Below are positions 11,201-18,562 of a DNA stretch of 62,934 bases, one piece after another. The stretch is from an uncultured Clostridia bacterium (GTDB lineage Bacteria > Bacillota > Clostridia > TANB77 > CAG-508). The first letter of the stretch is position 1; each line of letters starts with the position of its first letter. The stretch spans positions 1-62,934 of the forward strand of contig CANRBH010000004.1 in assembly GCA_947628825.1 (NCBI GenBank), read 5' to 3'. A program made the translations under genes and the position numbers. The notes below the pieces were generated by a model that saw only the letters and a list, made by a program, of their open reading frames with translations, had not been told where the DNA came from and made no database searches.

Positions 11201-11279
11201 TCATTAAACATTCTAAGCTTCTTTTTAGATATTTTTCATTATTATAATTTGGTATTATTATTGATAGTTTTTTACTCAT
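8253..11279 (-). CDS. multidomain glycopolymer biosynthesis protein: GT2 + HAD-like phosphatase/transferase domain + ~430 aa uncharacterised C-terminal region
   Basis: The GT2 signature is LSIIIPNYNN...VNDASQG...LDADD. The HAD motif I is SFDIFDTLVVRPF, with a later GDNYESD motif. Confidence 0.7.
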   Translation of the reverse strand: MSKKLSIIIPNYNNEKYLKRSLECLMNQTYKNIEIIVVNDASQGNSDEIVEEYKKKDKRIKYVKHNSNKGLFQARLTGSENATGDYIAFLDADDYASVDFYRTLVNNAEENGSDIVIGNTVLEYDNGKKEIFNLFRMNFKELTGKECLDEYFRQEGLNFSWHTIWNKIYSMDIWNQAKVHYKKMNRKLIMTEDFAFSTVLFYYAKKVTKVDNDAIFYCQHENTSTSVKDTTYDKVEKNIIDLKTSFNFVENFLKEKKIYNTYKTQFEYWKHLYSMQHRNNIKIAGKISKKQKEQLNDSMDGYCKNRKKVKNPDLFSSIQTKWNDDLEKIKKQVVDDKIKYVSFDIFDTLVVRPFLEPIDLFKFLDKEYRILSKCKTGINFSKIRVVSENIARDEQYKKNPDIQEITIDAIYNTIARLYEIDKNVLNKLKEKEKEYEIRFCNRRNTIYELYTLALDTGKKVICTSDMYLSKETIKEILKNNGYDKIYKLYLSSEVKKTKWTGDLYRYALKDLSASPNEMIHLGDNYESDYKRPHELGINSIHIPKTTDVFKDVKYTRNLSQMMFSSLPFWQDNKEALRFMGIRTMLAVVANKYFDNPFREFNENSDFNADPYLIGYYALGMYVFGVTKWLINNIENKYEKISFMARDGYLIMEAYKIMKKMYKNMPQEEYMYVSRKALIPIMIVDKLDFYKLSEILEIEKHTPEGTIKYISNIVNVDKNKLKKLCEKEKIDFEKKFKNIEEFNKYIKLIVENFYDEEEHIKKRKSLKKYFEGILGKTPAVFDVGYSGRPEFYLSELCKNNVDTFFLNINRDDALEYADVGKFNLKTFFPAKPTATGNAYELLLSKLAPSCIGYDIKNDKVKPVFEKYNSEYQVEYIVETIQKSALEFVDDIIEIFKQDIDLLYYQDYYISLPIMGYFNSAKRIDKEPLSAVEFEDDIRTGKSRKMIDDMQEDLDAKNQKTMEKLLINGKLNYNPVVDLNDKNKFIRLIYYALFDRSTIKRRIKEILKIY

Positions 11280-11315
11280 TTTTATATCCTTTCGACATCC
11301 TTTAATATTGTATAT

Positions 11316-12089
11316 TTATAATTCTTCTGCAAATCGTTTCTGTAACTTGTTAAATATTAAATAACCTATTATTGTTATAATTATTCCTAAAACAATTACT
11401 TCAAATATTTGCCCAACTTCTGGCATTTGTTGATAATAAAATATATTTCTATATCCTTCAATTACATAAGTCATTGGGTTAAGTTTTAGTATCCATCTAA
11501 GTTCTTCTGGTATTGTTTGAAGTGAGTACACAATTGGAGTTGCATAAAACAATAATTGCAAAAATACTCCTATAAAATGTTGTAAATCTCTAAAATATAC
11601 CGTTATACTTGATACTATTAGTGAAAAACCTATTTGCATTATATATTGTGCTAACAATAATAGTGGATATAGCAAAATATAAATTGATAATCCCATTCCT
11701 GAACCTAAAACAAATAGTAATATTATTATTGAAGATATTACAAAAGTTACAGTTTCACTAGTAACTATTGAAATAGGTAATATTTCTCGTGGAAAATATA
11801 CTTTCTTTATGATATTACCATTTTCTATCATTACAAATGAACTTCTATTTATTACATTAGCAAAATACGTCCATGGTATTAAACCACATACCATAAATAC
11901 AGTATAATTTTCTATATTATTTTTCATTATTATTGGAAATATAATTGCATAAACAGTTATTTGAAGTAGTGGGTTTATAAATGACCATAATATTCCTAAA
12001 AATGATTTTTTATATTTTCCACCAATATCCTTTTTTATACTTGTTTTTAATAATTCTCTATATTGATATAAATTTTTAAATATATTCAT
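11316..12089 (-). CDS. ABC-2 type polysaccharide/teichoic acid export permease (TagG/Wzm-like)
   Basis: Six-TM ABC-2 permease pattern, located directly downstream of the ATPase gene. Confidence 0.85.
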   Translation of the reverse strand: MNIFKNLYQYRELLKTSIKKDIGGKYKKSFLGILWSFINPLLQITVYAIIFPIIMKNNIENYTVFMVCGLIPWTYFANVINRSSFVMIENGNIIKKVYFPREILPISIVTSETVTFVISSIIILLFVLGSGMGLSIYILLYPLLLLAQYIMQIGFSLIVSSITVYFRDLQHFIGVFLQLLFYATPIVYSLQTIPEELRWILKLNPMTYVIEGYRNIFYYQQMPEVGQIFEVIVLGIIITIIGYLIFNKLQKRFAEEL

Positions 12090-12116
12090 TTGGTTATCCT
12101 TTCATTTTAGCAAGAT

Positions 12117-12854
12117 TTATGCTGTATGTTTTATATATTCATCAATTACTTTATTAGTTTCTCCATCCATTCTTATAATTCCATTATCTAACCATACTGC
12201 TCTACTACATAATTCTCTTGCAGAACCTAAGTTATGTGTTACAAATACCATCGTTTTTCCTTCTTCTTTTAGTTCTTTCATTTTATTTATACATTTCTCT
12301 TGGAAATGTTGGTCTCCAACAGATAGTATTTCATCTACTAACAAAATATCTGCATCTACATTTATTGCAACAGCAAATGCTAATCTCATATACATTCCTG
12401 ATGAATATGTTCTTACAGGATTGTCTATATATGAGCCTAACTCTGAAAATTCAATAATTTTATCTAGTCTTTTATCTATTTCCTTTTTAGTAAGTCCAAA
12501 TATAGAAGCATTAAAATAAATATTTTCTCTTCCTGAAAAATCTGGATGAAATCCTGCTCCTAGTTCCAAAAGTGATGTAAGTTTTCCGTTTGTTATAATC
12601 TTTCCTTTATTAGGATATATTATCTTTGTCATCAATTTTAATAATGTAGATTTTCCACTTCCGTTTACTCCAATTAGTGCTACAGCTTCTCCATTTTTAA
12701 TTGTTAAACTAACATCCTTTAATACTTCTCTTTTTTCTTTTCTATTTCTTTTCCAAAAGAGTAATTTTTCTTTTAGGCTATTAGCCTTGTCCAAATATAC
12801 ATTAAAAGTCTTATATACATTTTGAACTATTATTCTATCTTTATTATCTTGCAT
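12117..12854 (-). CDS. polysaccharide/teichoic acid export ATP-binding protein (TagH/Wzt-like)
   Basis: Walker A GVNGSGKST, signature YSSGMYMRLAF and Walker B LLVDEILSVGD. Confidence 0.9.
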   Translation of the reverse strand: MQDNKDRIIVQNVYKTFNVYLDKANSLKEKLLFWKRNRKEKREVLKDVSLTIKNGEAVALIGVNGSGKSTLLKLMTKIIYPNKGKIITNGKLTSLLELGAGFHPDFSGRENIYFNASIFGLTKKEIDKRLDKIIEFSELGSYIDNPVRTYSSGMYMRLAFAVAINVDADILLVDEILSVGDQHFQEKCINKMKELKEEGKTMVFVTHNLGSARELCSRAVWLDNGIIRMDGETNKVIDEYIKHTA

Positions 12855-12916
12855 TTTTTCTACCTTTCTAATATTTTTTTATTATAATATTATAAAATCA
12901 TTCCATTGTCAAAAAT

Positions 12917-13846
12917 TTAGTATCCCTCATCCATAAAGTCAACCATCTTTTTATCTTTTTTAAACTTTCTTTTTGTAGCTATAGTTCCTGGAATCCATAG
13001 TATAAACACCATAAATCTATTGAAAAATCCTTCTACATTTTTGATTGCATTTTCTCTTGCTGCTAAATTTGCAAATAAAATATAATGTTTATATATGTAC
13101 ATTTTTTTACTAAAGCTAACTCCTTTTAGGTCAAGTTTAAACATATCTTTAAAATACTCATAATAGCCAAGTGGAGCAACTTCAAATATTCTATTTATAT
13201 TTTTTGTGTATCCATCTTTTTTATAGCTACCTTCAACTATGACTTCATTTATGCCAATTATATCATAATCTTGGTCCATTTTGTGATACATTCTAGCTTC
13301 TGTAACAAATTTTTCATCAGCTTCTAAAATGTGCTTATATTTTTTTCTAATATCAGTTTTAAAAACTAACGTCTTTTCACCTGTAATTTTTTCTTTAAAA
13401 TATAAACTAAACATATCACTTCTATGATTATCTTCAGGAAATTTATTTCCACTTATTTTTCCACCATCTATTTTTCTTATAAATGCTAATGCATAAACAG
13501 TTTCATCATTTAATAATTTATCTGCATGCTTTTTTATGATGTCAAATGCTCCTGTTGAAAAGTAATCATCTGAGTCACATTCTACTACTATGTCACCTGT
13601 TACATATTGCATTAAGTTATTTATTGCAGACATTTTTCCTTGATTTTCTTGATAATGATATTCTATCTTAACTATTTTTTGTTTGATAAAATTGTCTATT
13701 ACAAGTTTTGTTTTGTCTGTTGAACCATCATCCATTATAAGCCATTCAAAGTCAACACTTGAACTTGCATTTACTACTAGACTTGTGTAAAGTTTTTCTA
13801 AATCTTCTGCTCTGTTATATGTAGCTGTTAAAACTGATATTTTCAT
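12917..13846 (-). CDS. glycosyltransferase family 2
   Basis: ISVLTATYNR...MDDGSTDKT...CDSDD. Confidence 0.8.
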   Translation of the reverse strand: MKISVLTATYNRAEDLEKLYTSLVVNASSSVDFEWLIMDDGSTDKTKLVIDNFIKQKIVKIEYHYQENQGKMSAINNLMQYVTGDIVVECDSDDYFSTGAFDIIKKHADKLLNDETVYALAFIRKIDGGKISGNKFPEDNHRSDMFSLYFKEKITGEKTLVFKTDIRKKYKHILEADEKFVTEARMYHKMDQDYDIIGINEVIVEGSYKKDGYTKNINRIFEVAPLGYYEYFKDMFKLDLKGVSFSKKMYIYKHYILFANLAARENAIKNVEGFFNRFMVFILWIPGTIATKRKFKKDKKMVDFMDEGY

Positions 13847-13862
13847 ATTGTACTTTCTCCCC

Positions 13863-13937
13863 TTTCTTCGCTTCGCTCAGAATCGGCACTTCAATGATTT
13901 GCTTTGCAAATCCTCGAAGCTGCCATGCTAAGGAATG
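13863..13937 (-). repeat. conserved GC-richer hairpin element, copy A (5'-UTR of the GT2 gene)
   Basis: Shares ttcttcgcttcgctcagaatcggcac ... gctgccatgctaaggaa with 26834-26906. The basal stems are conserved and the apical stem sequence differs but is still self-complementary. Confidence 0.7.
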
Positions 13938-13939
13938 AT

Positions 13940-15028
13940 TTAAAGAACTGATTTTACCTTATCTATGATTTCTTCATAATTTTCACTATTGAATTTTTCT
14001 TCTTTATCTATATTGTTTTTCATTTCTTCGCTTGATAATATTTTCTTTAGTCCTTTATATATGCCATTTTCTGTATTTTCTAAAGTCACTCCATTGTCAT
14101 AATTTTTTATACATTCTTTTGCTGGTATATCTGTAATAATTATATTTTTATTTAATATTTTTGCTTCTTCTATAACCATTCCATAGCCTTCATAGTATGA
14201 TAAAAGACAAAAGTAATCTGCATTTTTTATGTATGGATATGGGTTTGTTTTTTCTCCTAATAGAAAAAAGTTTTCTGTTTCGCCTAAACTATCTATTTGC
14301 TTTTGTAAAGTATATCTTAATGGGCCATCTCCTACAATATAAACTTTGCTGTGAATTCCGTCTTTTTCTAACATTGAGTGAACTTTAATAAATCTATCTA
14401 TTCCCTTTTGTTCAACTAATCTTGATACACTTACTATATTTATATCGTTTTTATGATATGGTAAGTTAATTTTCTCATCTGCTTTTTTTATTATGTTTTT
14501 ATAATTTAGATAGTTTCTAATTACAATTTCATTAAAATCATTTCCGTATTTTTGATTAAATTTGTTTTTAATGTCTTCACTTACAAAAACAATTTTGTCA
14601 TATTTTTTATAAATCTTTTTATCTAACTTATTTTTTATTTTATCTTTTAATCCTTTTGAAAAGAATTTTGAAAGATCTGTATGTACCCATGCTATTTTTC
14701 TTGCTTTTGATTTTTTTGAAAATAGCCTCGTAATTGGTCCTTCTAAAAATGCTACTTGAGTATCATACCCTTCTGGAGCTTTATTTTTAAAAAGTAATTT
14801 TAGAGAAATCTTTAAGTGTTCTAATTTTCCATACTCATTATATGGCTTGTTGTACATACTTACTATTTTTACATTGCTTACTAATTCTTTTTTTAGCTCT
14901 CCTCCATCATATATTGTAAATACTGTTATATCATAATCTTGAGATATTTTATTTACTAAATCTACTAGAACTCTTTCAGCTCCTCCAATAGTAAGTGACG
15001 TTATTCCAAATAATATCTTTTTCTTCAT
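13940..15028 (-). CDS. glycosyltransferase family 4 (GT1 fold)
   Basis: N-terminal ITSLTIGGAERV and C-terminal YYEGYGMVIEEA motifs. Confidence 0.85.
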   Translation of the reverse strand: MKKKILFGITSLTIGGAERVLVDLVNKISQDYDITVFTIYDGGELKKELVSNVKIVSMYNKPYNEYGKLEHLKISLKLLFKNKAPEGYDTQVAFLEGPITRLFSKKSKARKIAWVHTDLSKFFSKGLKDKIKNKLDKKIYKKYDKIVFVSEDIKNKFNQKYGNDFNEIVIRNYLNYKNIIKKADEKINLPYHKNDINIVSVSRLVEQKGIDRFIKVHSMLEKDGIHSKVYIVGDGPLRYTLQKQIDSLGETENFFLLGEKTNPYPYIKNADYFCLLSYYEGYGMVIEEAKILNKNIIITDIPAKECIKNYDNGVTLENTENGIYKGLKKILSSEEMKNNIDKEEKFNSENYEEIIDKVKSVL

Positions 15029-15093
15029 TAAAGCTCCTCCTTTGCTTAGTGTTGTACTATAAGTTTTGAGCCATTATCTACATTAGAAGACAA

Positions 15094-16566
15094 TTATTTA
15101 ATATTGCCAAGTTTGTCCATTTCATTTAATAACAAAATATTTGTAACTACAATCACTAACATACCTGATGTTGAAAAAAATACAAAACCTGATACTGTTG
15201 CTAAAATTAAACTAAATCCGCTTCCTGTTAAATACATCATATATTCTGCATTTAGTTCTTTAATATGCTTGATAGCCAGAATCAATCCTTTTATTAAAAT
15301 TGCTATAAATGAACCTACAAAAAGTATAAATCCTATAATACCAAAGTTTAATAGAAAAGCAGGAATTTCATTTTCCATACACATTTCACCTAAGTTTGTG
15401 TTATAACCATTTCCAAACATAATAGCAATAGGATTCTTTTGATGTTTCACTAAGAAGAAATTATAGATTAGTTGTTGCTTTCTATTGTTGTTACTTGCAA
15501 TATCATGTTCTTTAGTATAATCGTGTAAATCTATCATTGCCTTTTGTTGTGCATCTGAAATATAACCTTCTTCTAATGTACCTTTTATAATATCATTATA
15601 TATTTTCATCATACCTGTTGACATATTAAGCTTTTCTCCAGTTGTTTGGTCAATATTATTTTCTGCTACATCATTTACTTGTTTTCTTCTTTGTAAGGTT
15701 TTAGAACCTAAAAAAGTTATTCCTAAAATACCAATTGCAAACACAACTAAACCTGTTATTAAAACTTTCTTATTTTTGCTGAATATAACTTCATATAATA
15801 TAAATGTTGCTAATACAATAAAAAATCCTAAAAGTCCAGTTCTAGTTCCAATAATGAAACTTAAATAAATTCCTGTTAATGCTACTGTTATTATAGAAAA
15901 TATTTTCCATTTTACATTTTTGGATTTAACTTGTCCAATTGCAACAAACAGTCCTATACATAGTATGGCACTTAGACTATTTCCTGAATTCATCCAACCT
16001 TTATACCCTGTTTTAGTTTCTTCGTATGTATATGATGCTGTTTTAGTTATAATTGATAAAAAAATTGTCACAACATAAATTGCAAGCATTATAGTTATTG
16101 CCTTTTTCAAGTTTTCTAAACCTTCTTTTTTTCTAGCTACTTGCTCTTTGTCATCATCTTTTTGTATTTTAAAAGTGTAATAATATACCACTAAATCTAT
16201 CATTATAAAAGTAAAATTACTTAAATATTGTAGTTCTGCAGGAATCCCTCCAAATGAACCTTTTGATAAATACGTATTAAAAACTAACATATGGCATATT
16301 GCATATATAATATATACAAGTCCCATTATAAATAATTTTAGTTTATTTTTTTTATCTGATTTTATAAAAATATATAAAAGCACTCCTAGAGGAATTATTG
16401 GTCTTAATATTGTTGATATTGACATATTTGTTTTAAAAGCTGCTCTAAATAAAAAGCTTGCTTCATCAAATATTGGACTTAGTATTACAAATAAACACAA
16501 TAAATTTTGTGTTGTAAAAACTTTTTTTAATCTGTTGCTTTTTTTATTATCTTTTATTTCTTTCAT
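15094..16566 (-). CDS. O-antigen ligase/polymerase-like membrane protein (Wzy_C family)
   Basis: About 11 TM segments with a GTRTGLLGF loop region typical of Wzy_C. Confidence 0.65.
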   Translation of the reverse strand: MKEIKDNKKSNRLKKVFTTQNLLCLFVILSPIFDEASFLFRAAFKTNMSISTILRPIIPLGVLLYIFIKSDKKNKLKLFIMGLVYIIYAICHMLVFNTYLSKGSFGGIPAELQYLSNFTFIMIDLVVYYYTFKIQKDDDKEQVARKKEGLENLKKAITIMLAIYVVTIFLSIITKTASYTYEETKTGYKGWMNSGNSLSAILCIGLFVAIGQVKSKNVKWKIFSIITVALTGIYLSFIIGTRTGLLGFFIVLATFILYEVIFSKNKKVLITGLVVFAIGILGITFLGSKTLQRRKQVNDVAENNIDQTTGEKLNMSTGMMKIYNDIIKGTLEEGYISDAQQKAMIDLHDYTKEHDIASNNNRKQQLIYNFFLVKHQKNPIAIMFGNGYNTNLGEMCMENEIPAFLLNFGIIGFILFVGSFIAILIKGLILAIKHIKELNAEYMMYLTGSGFSLILATVSGFVFFSTSGMLVIVVTNILLLNEMDKLGNIK

Positions 16567-16719
16567 TTTTTCTCATTCTTTCCTATGTTAGTTGAAAAAG
16601 AATTAAATTTTGGCAAGGAAAATTTTATTAAAAAGGCAAGGGCGCATACTCTTTGTATGTAACCGCGTTTTTAATAGAATTTGACACAGCAAAAATTGTA
16701 ATTATTTTTCAACTAAGTA

Positions 16720-17661
16720 TTACATGATGCTAAATAACTTGCAGTAAAACTTGTATGTAAATTTATTCACAGTTCTCATATAAAAGTTTTTTCCTGACTT
16801 TTGTGCTAATATTTTATTTTTCTTCCAATCAGGAAACTTAGTATTTAAATTTTGCCATGTTTCATCTAAAAGTCTTTCTTTAGCAACCTTGTCTTTAATC
16901 TTAACCATTCTTTTAAGTGAGCTACATAATAAAATTCTTGTATATGTATATTCAAGTTCTTCACTATATTCATCATATAATTTATTTTTTTTATAATACT
17001 CTAATACATTGTTTAGTACATTAAATATTTGTCCTGTCTTATAGTTTTGCTTATTTATAATCGAATCTTCTCTTTGTATATAATAGATAAGAGGCTCTTT
17101 TACAAAACTAAATTTATTTATATTTGGTATGAGTTTATAAAAGAACTCAACATCTTCATAATTTAATTTAAAAGGAAACTTTTCTTTTATAATATCTCTT
17201 TTAATAAGTTTGTTCCATGCAACTACTCTTGCGTAAGTAAGCATTTCTTTTTTATTTTTATAGATGTACCCTACATCTTCTTTTTTCTTATTTGGATATA
17301 CCCAATAGAAATCACATTCTACAAAATCTGCATTTTCTTCTATTGCTTTATTATACATTTTCTCATAAATTGTTTTGTCAACATAGTCATCTGAATCAAG
17401 AAAAGCTATATAATCTCCTTTTGCATATTTCATTCCATAATTTCTTGCATCAGATAATCCACCATTTTTCTTTTCAACGTATATAATGTTTTTATATTTT
17501 GATAAATATTGATTTACTATTTTTACCGAATTATCTTTTGAACCATCATTTACAACAATTATTTCTATGTCTTTTAAGGTTTGATTTACTAATGAATCTA
17601 AACATTTTTTTACATATTTTTCTACATTGTAAACTGGTACTATTACACTTACCTTTGGCAT
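16720..17661 (-). CDS. glycosyltransferase family 2
   Basis: VSVIVPVYNVEKY...VNDGSKD...LDSDDY. Confidence 0.85.
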   Translation of the reverse strand: MPKVSVIVPVYNVEKYVKKCLDSLVNQTLKDIEIIVVNDGSKDNSVKIVNQYLSKYKNIIYVEKKNGGLSDARNYGMKYAKGDYIAFLDSDDYVDKTIYEKMYNKAIEENADFVECDFYWVYPNKKKEDVGYIYKNKKEMLTYARVVAWNKLIKRDIIKEKFPFKLNYEDVEFFYKLIPNINKFSFVKEPLIYYIQREDSIINKQNYKTGQIFNVLNNVLEYYKKNKLYDEYSEELEYTYTRILLCSSLKRMVKIKDKVAKERLLDETWQNLNTKFPDWKKNKILAQKSGKNFYMRTVNKFTYKFYCKLFSIM

Positions 17662-17867
17662 ATTATATTAAACATTATTTCCTTTCATTTTAATACATTC
17701 ATATAATATCATAAATTGCTTATATAAACAACATTTTAAGGCAATTTTTTTATTTTTCTGTGATAATTTGTAAACATAATAAATATCATAAAATTATTTA
17801 ATTTCCATAATAACTAATCGTTTTTTATTTGTTAAAAATCATCACGTCTCAAACCCCATTAAAAAAG

Positions 17868-17897
17868 TTATTCACAGAGTTATCCACAGTTTCCACA
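17868..17897 (+). promoter_or_regulatory. three tandem DnaA-box-like 9-mers (TTATTCACA, TTATCCACA, GTTTCCACA)
   Basis: Perfect consensus TTATCCACA at 17880-17888, flanked by a 1-mismatch and a 2-mismatch copy. A Spo0A-box-like TGTCGAA lies at 17920-17926. Confidence 0.5.
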
Positions 17898-18155
17898 GTT
17901 TTATTTTTTTGTCACATTTTGTCGAATTTACTATACATAATATTTTTATATGCTATATATTTGTAAACTTATTATTATATTTTTGTAATATTCTTGTAAT
18001 TTTATTATGTTTCTTTTCTTGATATTTATCTATTTTACTAGTCTTTCAATTTATATTTTTATTTATTAGCATCTTTTAAAATTATGTCTTTATTTTTACA
18101 TTAATATTTCAAATCCTTAAATTTTAGTAAAATTTTAAAGTTTACATTTTTAAAG

Positions 18156-18164
18156 TTATCCACA
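18156..18164 (+). promoter_or_regulatory. DnaA box TTATCCACA (perfect consensus)
   Basis: Exact 9-mer in the same non-coding gap, same orientation as the 17868-17897 cluster. Confidence 0.45.
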
Positions 18165-18182
18165 TTTTATAAACATAATGTG

Positions 18183-18217
18183 TAAAAAATAACGAAGCAA
18201 GAAATTACTTGCCCCGT
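18183..18217 (-). terminator. intrinsic terminator after polC-DUF1294
   Basis: 10-bp stem acgaagcaag/cttgccccgt (two G-U pairs). On the minus strand it is followed by a T-run. Confidence 0.6.
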
Positions 18218-18232
18218 TTTTAGCTCTATTTA

Positions 18233-18553
18233 TTATGTTCTTAATTTATATATGAAATATAAAATTATACAGACTTCAATGAATATTACAAGTGGAATAT
18301 ATCGTTTAAATATTTTTTCATCTCTTCTATAATTAAACATTTCTGATGCTATCATTATTCCAACAAACCCACCTAATATTGCTAAACATAGATACAATGT
18401 ATCTTCCCATTTCTTGCTCAGCTTAATAATTTGTGTTCTTACATTAAGCCATATAAATAGATAAGAAATCATATTTATACATATTACATATCCTATTAGA
18501 AAACTTGTCATATTAAGTTTTACTCCTTTCTCACTTGTTAAATAGTAGCTCAA
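18233..18553 (-). CDS. DUF1294 family small membrane protein
   Basis: The KKWEDTLYLCLAILGGFVGIMIA core resembles DUF1294. The real start may be an internal Met (MTSFLIG). Confidence 0.6.
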   Translation of the reverse strand: MSYYLTSEKGVKLNMTSFLIGYVICINMISYLFIWLNVRTQIIKLSKKWEDTLYLCLAILGGFVGIMIASEMFNYRRDEKIFKRYIPLVIFIEVCIILYFIYKLRT

Positions 18554-18562
18554 AATTTTTTA

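Noticed and set aside
17662-18232. Interpreting the DnaA-box-containing gap as the chromosomal origin (oriC).
   Set aside because: Gene orientation does not switch here: minus-strand genes lie on both sides. There is no dnaA/dnaN nearby and only four boxes, all in one orientation. It is kept as a DnaA-box cluster or regulatory-region finding.
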